From NCBI GenBank assembly GCA_040768745.1, contig JAXGMI010000001.1:1280001-1344000 (forward strand): a stretch of DNA of 64,000 bases. Reading direction: 5' to 3'. Of the stretch, positions 60,820-64,000 are shown piece after piece. This DNA comes from Desulfomicrobium sp. Lineage in GTDB: Bacteria > Desulfobacterota > Desulfovibrionia > Desulfovibrionales > Desulfomicrobiaceae. The notes beneath the pieces are model-generated. The model was not told the DNA's origin. It did not search any database and worked only from the letters and a program-made list of their open reading frames with translations. The first letter of the stretch is position 1. Each line of letters starts with the position of its first letter. The translations under genes and the position numbers were made by a program.

Positions 60820-61371
60820 TCAGTAGTTGATGTGTCTCCATCCCAAATCCACCTCAGCCACGCTGTTCCTGCGGCCCTCACGGTGGGCACGGATGAGGTA
60901 GTTTGTGAAGGTCCCGCCACCTGCGGCGCCCTTGCCTACCCCTTCATATCCCGCTCCGATCTGCATGGCGGAGCCTTCGAGCACGCCACTGTCAAGAAAG
61001 CCTGCGCGGACATACGTGGCCATGGCGCCGTATGGATACCAGGTTGTGGTGTAGTCCGTGGAGTTGAAATCGGTGCTGTTTTGCCACGTGTTGGCATCAG
61101 TGGAATTTGTTCCGTCACTGTAGAAGGTTGAATTGCCCGTTTCTATCGCTTCCTCCAGGAATTCATGTCCCACATTGACGCCAGAGTCGGCGTGAAAAAA
61201 CGATTCCTTGGTGTCGCGATCGTTGGCCGAGATGAAAATGTTGAGTTCAGCTACATCCAGGGACGCCAGGGCAAGGGCGCCGAGAATGGCCAGCACGATC
61301 ATGGCCACGACGAGGGCGGAGCCGGACTGACCCGACATGCGTTTAGTATTTGGGGGAATAGACATAGACAT
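60820..61371 (-). CDS. pilX: PilX-like minor pilin (start may be 61338)
   Basis: Cleavage site QSG/SALVVAMIVL with no Glu5, and SFFHADSG. Confidence 0.85.
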   Translation of the reverse strand: MSMSIPPNTKRMSGQSGSALVVAMIVLAILGALALASLDVAELNIFISANDRDTKESFFHADSGVNVGHEFLEEAIETGNSTFYSDGTNSTDANTWQNSTDFNSTDYTTTWYPYGAMATYVRAGFLDSGVLEGSAMQIGAGYEGVGKGAAGGGTFTNYLIRAHREGRRNSVAEVDLGWRHINY

Positions 61372-61747
61372 ACTGGGTGCTCGCTTGCAGGCCCTTGTTG
61401 TTCCAGGACAGGATGCAGGTCATTTCCTTGCATTTGTCTATGGGGGTGTTGTCGACCAGGCTGCAGTTCAGGGTGTATGCAATGCCGTCAATAGTGGTGC
61501 TGGCCGACAAACCGGTCATGTCCCGGAAGTTTTGTCCATTGTACTGCATGCGGGTGGCGTTTTCCAGGAACTCCTCAACCATCAGGCTCGCACGGGTGGT
61601 ATAGTAGGCGCGGCTGTCCTGTGTGGTGGACTGGGAGATCACGGTAGCCACCCCCATGAGGCCGACGGCCAGGATGGCTGACGCCACCAGGGTTTCCACC
61701 AAGGTAAAGCCATGGTCTTGGGTGATCGCCGATTTCAGTTTCAGCAT
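61343..61747 (-). CDS. pilV: PilV-like minor pilin
   Basis: Cleavage site HG/FTLVETLVASAILAVGLMG. Confidence 0.85.
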   Translation of the reverse strand: MLKLKSAITQDHGFTLVETLVASAILAVGLMGVATVISQSTTQDSRAYYTTRASLMVEEFLENATRMQYNGQNFRDMTGLSASTTIDGIAYTLNCSLVDNTPIDKCKEMTCILSWNNKGLQASTQYVYVYSPKY

Positions 61748-61757
61748 CTGCTTCCCT

Positions 61758-62351
61758 TTAGAGCCCCATGTTTCGGCAGAATACACGGGTGCTCATGGTG
61801 CGGTTTGGGATATTCAGGGACGATCTTTCAGCTGCTGCCGTCGCAGTAGCGTTTATTTCTACGAACCTGATGGTGTCGATGGTAGTGGCTGTAGGGACGA
61901 ATGCTGTTCCATCAGCATTGAAGTAGGTCAAAGTTAATCCATCGATATCGCGTGCAGTTGAATTCCAGGATCCTTCTTCTTCCTCGAACACTTCAATGAT
62001 GTTGCCGGACAATCTGTATGCGAATTGTTCCCTGTCTGTGCTATTTGCATCGACAATGCCGTTTCTGTTTGTGTCGCTTGTACAAAAAATTGAAGTTGCA
62101 TCTGTGCTTGTGCTGTTGAATCCAAAAGACCCTCCATTCGGAGTGTAGCCGCACATACGGATATCGTCAGCCATTTGGACAATGACAGAGAGCAACTCCT
62201 GCTGCATGCGGGTCGTTTCCTCCTGCTTGGCAGCCATGAGGTTGTGCACGCGGAACAGGTTGTAGAGCCCGGTGACCACGATTCCCAATATGACCATGCC
62301 CACCAGAAGTTCCACTATGGTCAGGCCGGATTGGTTGCGCTGTTCAGGCAT
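61758..62351 (-). CDS. pilW: PilW-like minor pilin, copy 1
   Basis: Cleavage site SG/LTIVELLV, plus DIRMCGY and C-terminal CRN. Confidence 0.85.
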   Translation of the reverse strand: MPEQRNQSGLTIVELLVGMVILGIVVTGLYNLFRVHNLMAAKQEETTRMQQELLSVIVQMADDIRMCGYTPNGGSFGFNSTSTDATSIFCTSDTNRNGIVDANSTDREQFAYRLSGNIIEVFEEEEGSWNSTARDIDGLTLTYFNADGTAFVPTATTIDTIRFVEINATATAAAERSSLNIPNRTMSTRVFCRNMGL

Positions 62352-62368
62352 TCAAGGGTCTCCTTCTT

Positions 62369-62845
62369 TTAGTTGGTCACGATGCTGCCTGAGGGCCGGA
62401 CGGTTATGGTCAGCGTCTTTTCTGCGTTATTCTTGATGGGTATGGAGCCGGAATTTGATGCCCGGCCGCGGCTGGTAAAATTGGTGTTGAGGGATCCGGT
62501 GAGGTGGACGCCGCTTTGCAAGGTCGAGAGGTCAAAACGCCGCAGTGATGTGCCTGTAGAATCAACCCGTGTTTCACAGCTATTGGTGGTGCTGTTGCAG
62601 TCGAATGAAATATCTTGGTTGCGCTTGATGGCCTCGATGCGGGCGTCCTGGCACATGCTGACGATGGTCCGGGCCGCGCGCTTCAGGTTGGCCTGGGGGA
62701 TCCATTTCATCAGTGCCGTGCCGGAAAGCCCGGCCAGCAAGGCGATGACGCCTACGATCACCAGGACCTCCACCAGGGTGAAGCCTTTTTGGCGGGCGTC
62801 CCGGGGACCGGGGCGGGCGGTGCGCGGAAATATCCGGATCTTCAT
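62369..62845 (-). CDS. FimT/FimU (GspH-like) minor pilin
   Basis: Cleavage site KG/FTLVEVLV, plus ARIEAIKRN and FTSRG. Confidence 0.85.
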   Translation of the reverse strand: MKIRIFPRTARPGPRDARQKGFTLVEVLVIVGVIALLAGLSGTALMKWIPQANLKRAARTIVSMCQDARIEAIKRNQDISFDCNSTTNSCETRVDSTGTSLRRFDLSTLQSGVHLTGSLNTNFTSRGRASNSGSIPIKNNAEKTLTITVRPSGSIVTN

Positions 62846-63414
62846 GATGGTGCGGGGGGTGAGAATTTTTTTCTGACAGGGTAGCTGCTATCATAATGTG
62901 TGCCAAGCAGACAAGGTTTTTGGGTCGGGCGAAAAGACGGGCCCGGGTCTGGACAGGCCCTGTTTCCCTGCCGGCCTGCTCCGGCAGGGCCGGGCCTGGA
63001 AATGACAACGCCCCGGCGACGCATAGTGCCAAAAAGCAGGGAGTGAGGCCGCTGGGATACCGGGCGGGGGTCAAGGGCGGGCCATGCGTCATGCGCCCCG
63101 GAGGGCTGCGTTTTTTCGTCTGGGGCGCATTCTGACTGCCCGCGTGCGGAACAATCGGACCAGAAGAAGGACAAAAATTGTCAGCAGCGGCGAAAATCTG
63201 GATGCCGGCCGCACTGCTTGCGGCCCCGCGTCCAGCGTGGTGGGGAGGGGCGCTGCTCTCGCAGCCGACGCCGGCCTGGGTAGACGTCTCCTGCCCATCC
63301 AGCCGCGGTCTTGACCGGCCACCCAAGCGGTATGGGTGCCGTTCAAGGGGTGCACTTCCGCTGCTTGGCAGGCTCACGGCTCGAGACAGGCGGCTGCAGC
63401 GGGAATTTTCAGGC

Positions 63415-64000
63415 CTACTGTCCGAGATTGCGGCACCACACGCTGGTGCTCATGGTCCGGTTGCCGATGCCCAGCCCGGCCCGCGCGGACGAGGCCACGG
63501 CCGTGGCCTCGATCCTGACCATGCGGATCCGGTCCGTATTGCCGCCGGGGTCGGGAATGGGATCGCCGTTGGCGTCGAAATAGGCGAAGCGCAGGTCCGC
63601 GATGTTCGTGCTCGAGGGTTGCCAGTGCACGGCCCCGGTGTCGTACTTGCGCAGCACGTTGTCCGGGGGCGACTTGCGCGCCCCGCTGTTCAGGGTGTTC
63701 ACGCGGTAGCTGACGTGCTCGAAGCTGCTTCCTGTCCCGTTTTCGCTCAGTTCGCCGTTGCCGTTCCAGTCCAGGGTGCAGTAAACGGAGGTTTCGTTGG
63801 TGGCCCGGCCGTAGTCCGGGCTGCCGGTCCCCGGGGCGTGCACGAACCCGAACCCGGCCTTGCCGGTGGGGGAATAGCCGCACATGCGCAGTTCCTCGGC
63901 CATTCGGGCCACGCTGGACAGAAGTTCCTGCTGCATGAGCGTGGTCTCTTCCTGCTTGGCGGCCATGCGGTTGTGCACCGCAAACAGGCTGGAGATTCCG
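63415..64000 (-). CDS. pilW: PilW-like minor pilin, copy 2 (5' end outside the window)
   Basis: Frame is open to the window edge: GISSLFAVHNRMAAKQEETTLMQQELLS...ELRMCGY...VWCRNLGQ. Confidence 0.85.
   Translation of the reverse strand, partial: GISSLFAVHNRMAAKQEETTLMQQELLSSVARMAEELRMCGYSPTGKAGFGFVHAPGTGSPDYGRATNETSVYCTLDWNGNGELSENGTGSSFEHVSYRVNTLNSGARKSPPDNVLRKYDTGAVHWQPSSTNIADLRFAYFDANGDPIPDPGGNTDRIRMVRIEATAVASSARAGLGIGNRTMSTSVWCRNLGQ

Noticed and set aside
62890..62905. Sigma54 promoter for the minor pilin operon (TGGCAC-ACATT-ATGA)
   Set aside because: The -12 GC dinucleotide is missing, so it is too weak to call.

Overview
Mostly core chromosome of a sulfate-reducing deltaproteobacterium. 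Gene content and order suggest Desulfovibrionales, probably Desulfomicrobium-like (inference). Left to right: an intact IS1634-family element cut by the window edge; an hsp20-Lon-like protease-trxB stress cluster; two identical tRNA-Asn genes bracketing a lipoprotein and a TunR-like recombinase/TOBE regulator; a degenerate GGDEF-TPR protein; an MBL hydrolase-small ORF-Fe/S flavoprotein-comF operon; rplU-rpmA-obgE-proB; an oxygen-defence cluster (perR/fur, rbo, rub, roo, HEAT protein, cydAB); LPS core genes; ccmEFABCD plus a TPR gene; livKHMGF-guaBA-tatBC-hisB-hisA; upp, yihA, aroQ, efp, ftsK; a 1845-aa membrane-anchored GH94 protein; and a mosaic type IV minor-pilin/pilY1 locus. The best hidden signal is at 12313-12540. 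A well-placed RBS and ATG read through an in-frame UGA (Cys-UGA) that is followed by a SECIS-like hairpin, giving a 75-aa TusA/SirA-like candidate selenoprotein that the ORF track truncates. The ORF track also misses the transposase, rubredoxin and ccmD. All calls were made by eye and no database searches were run.
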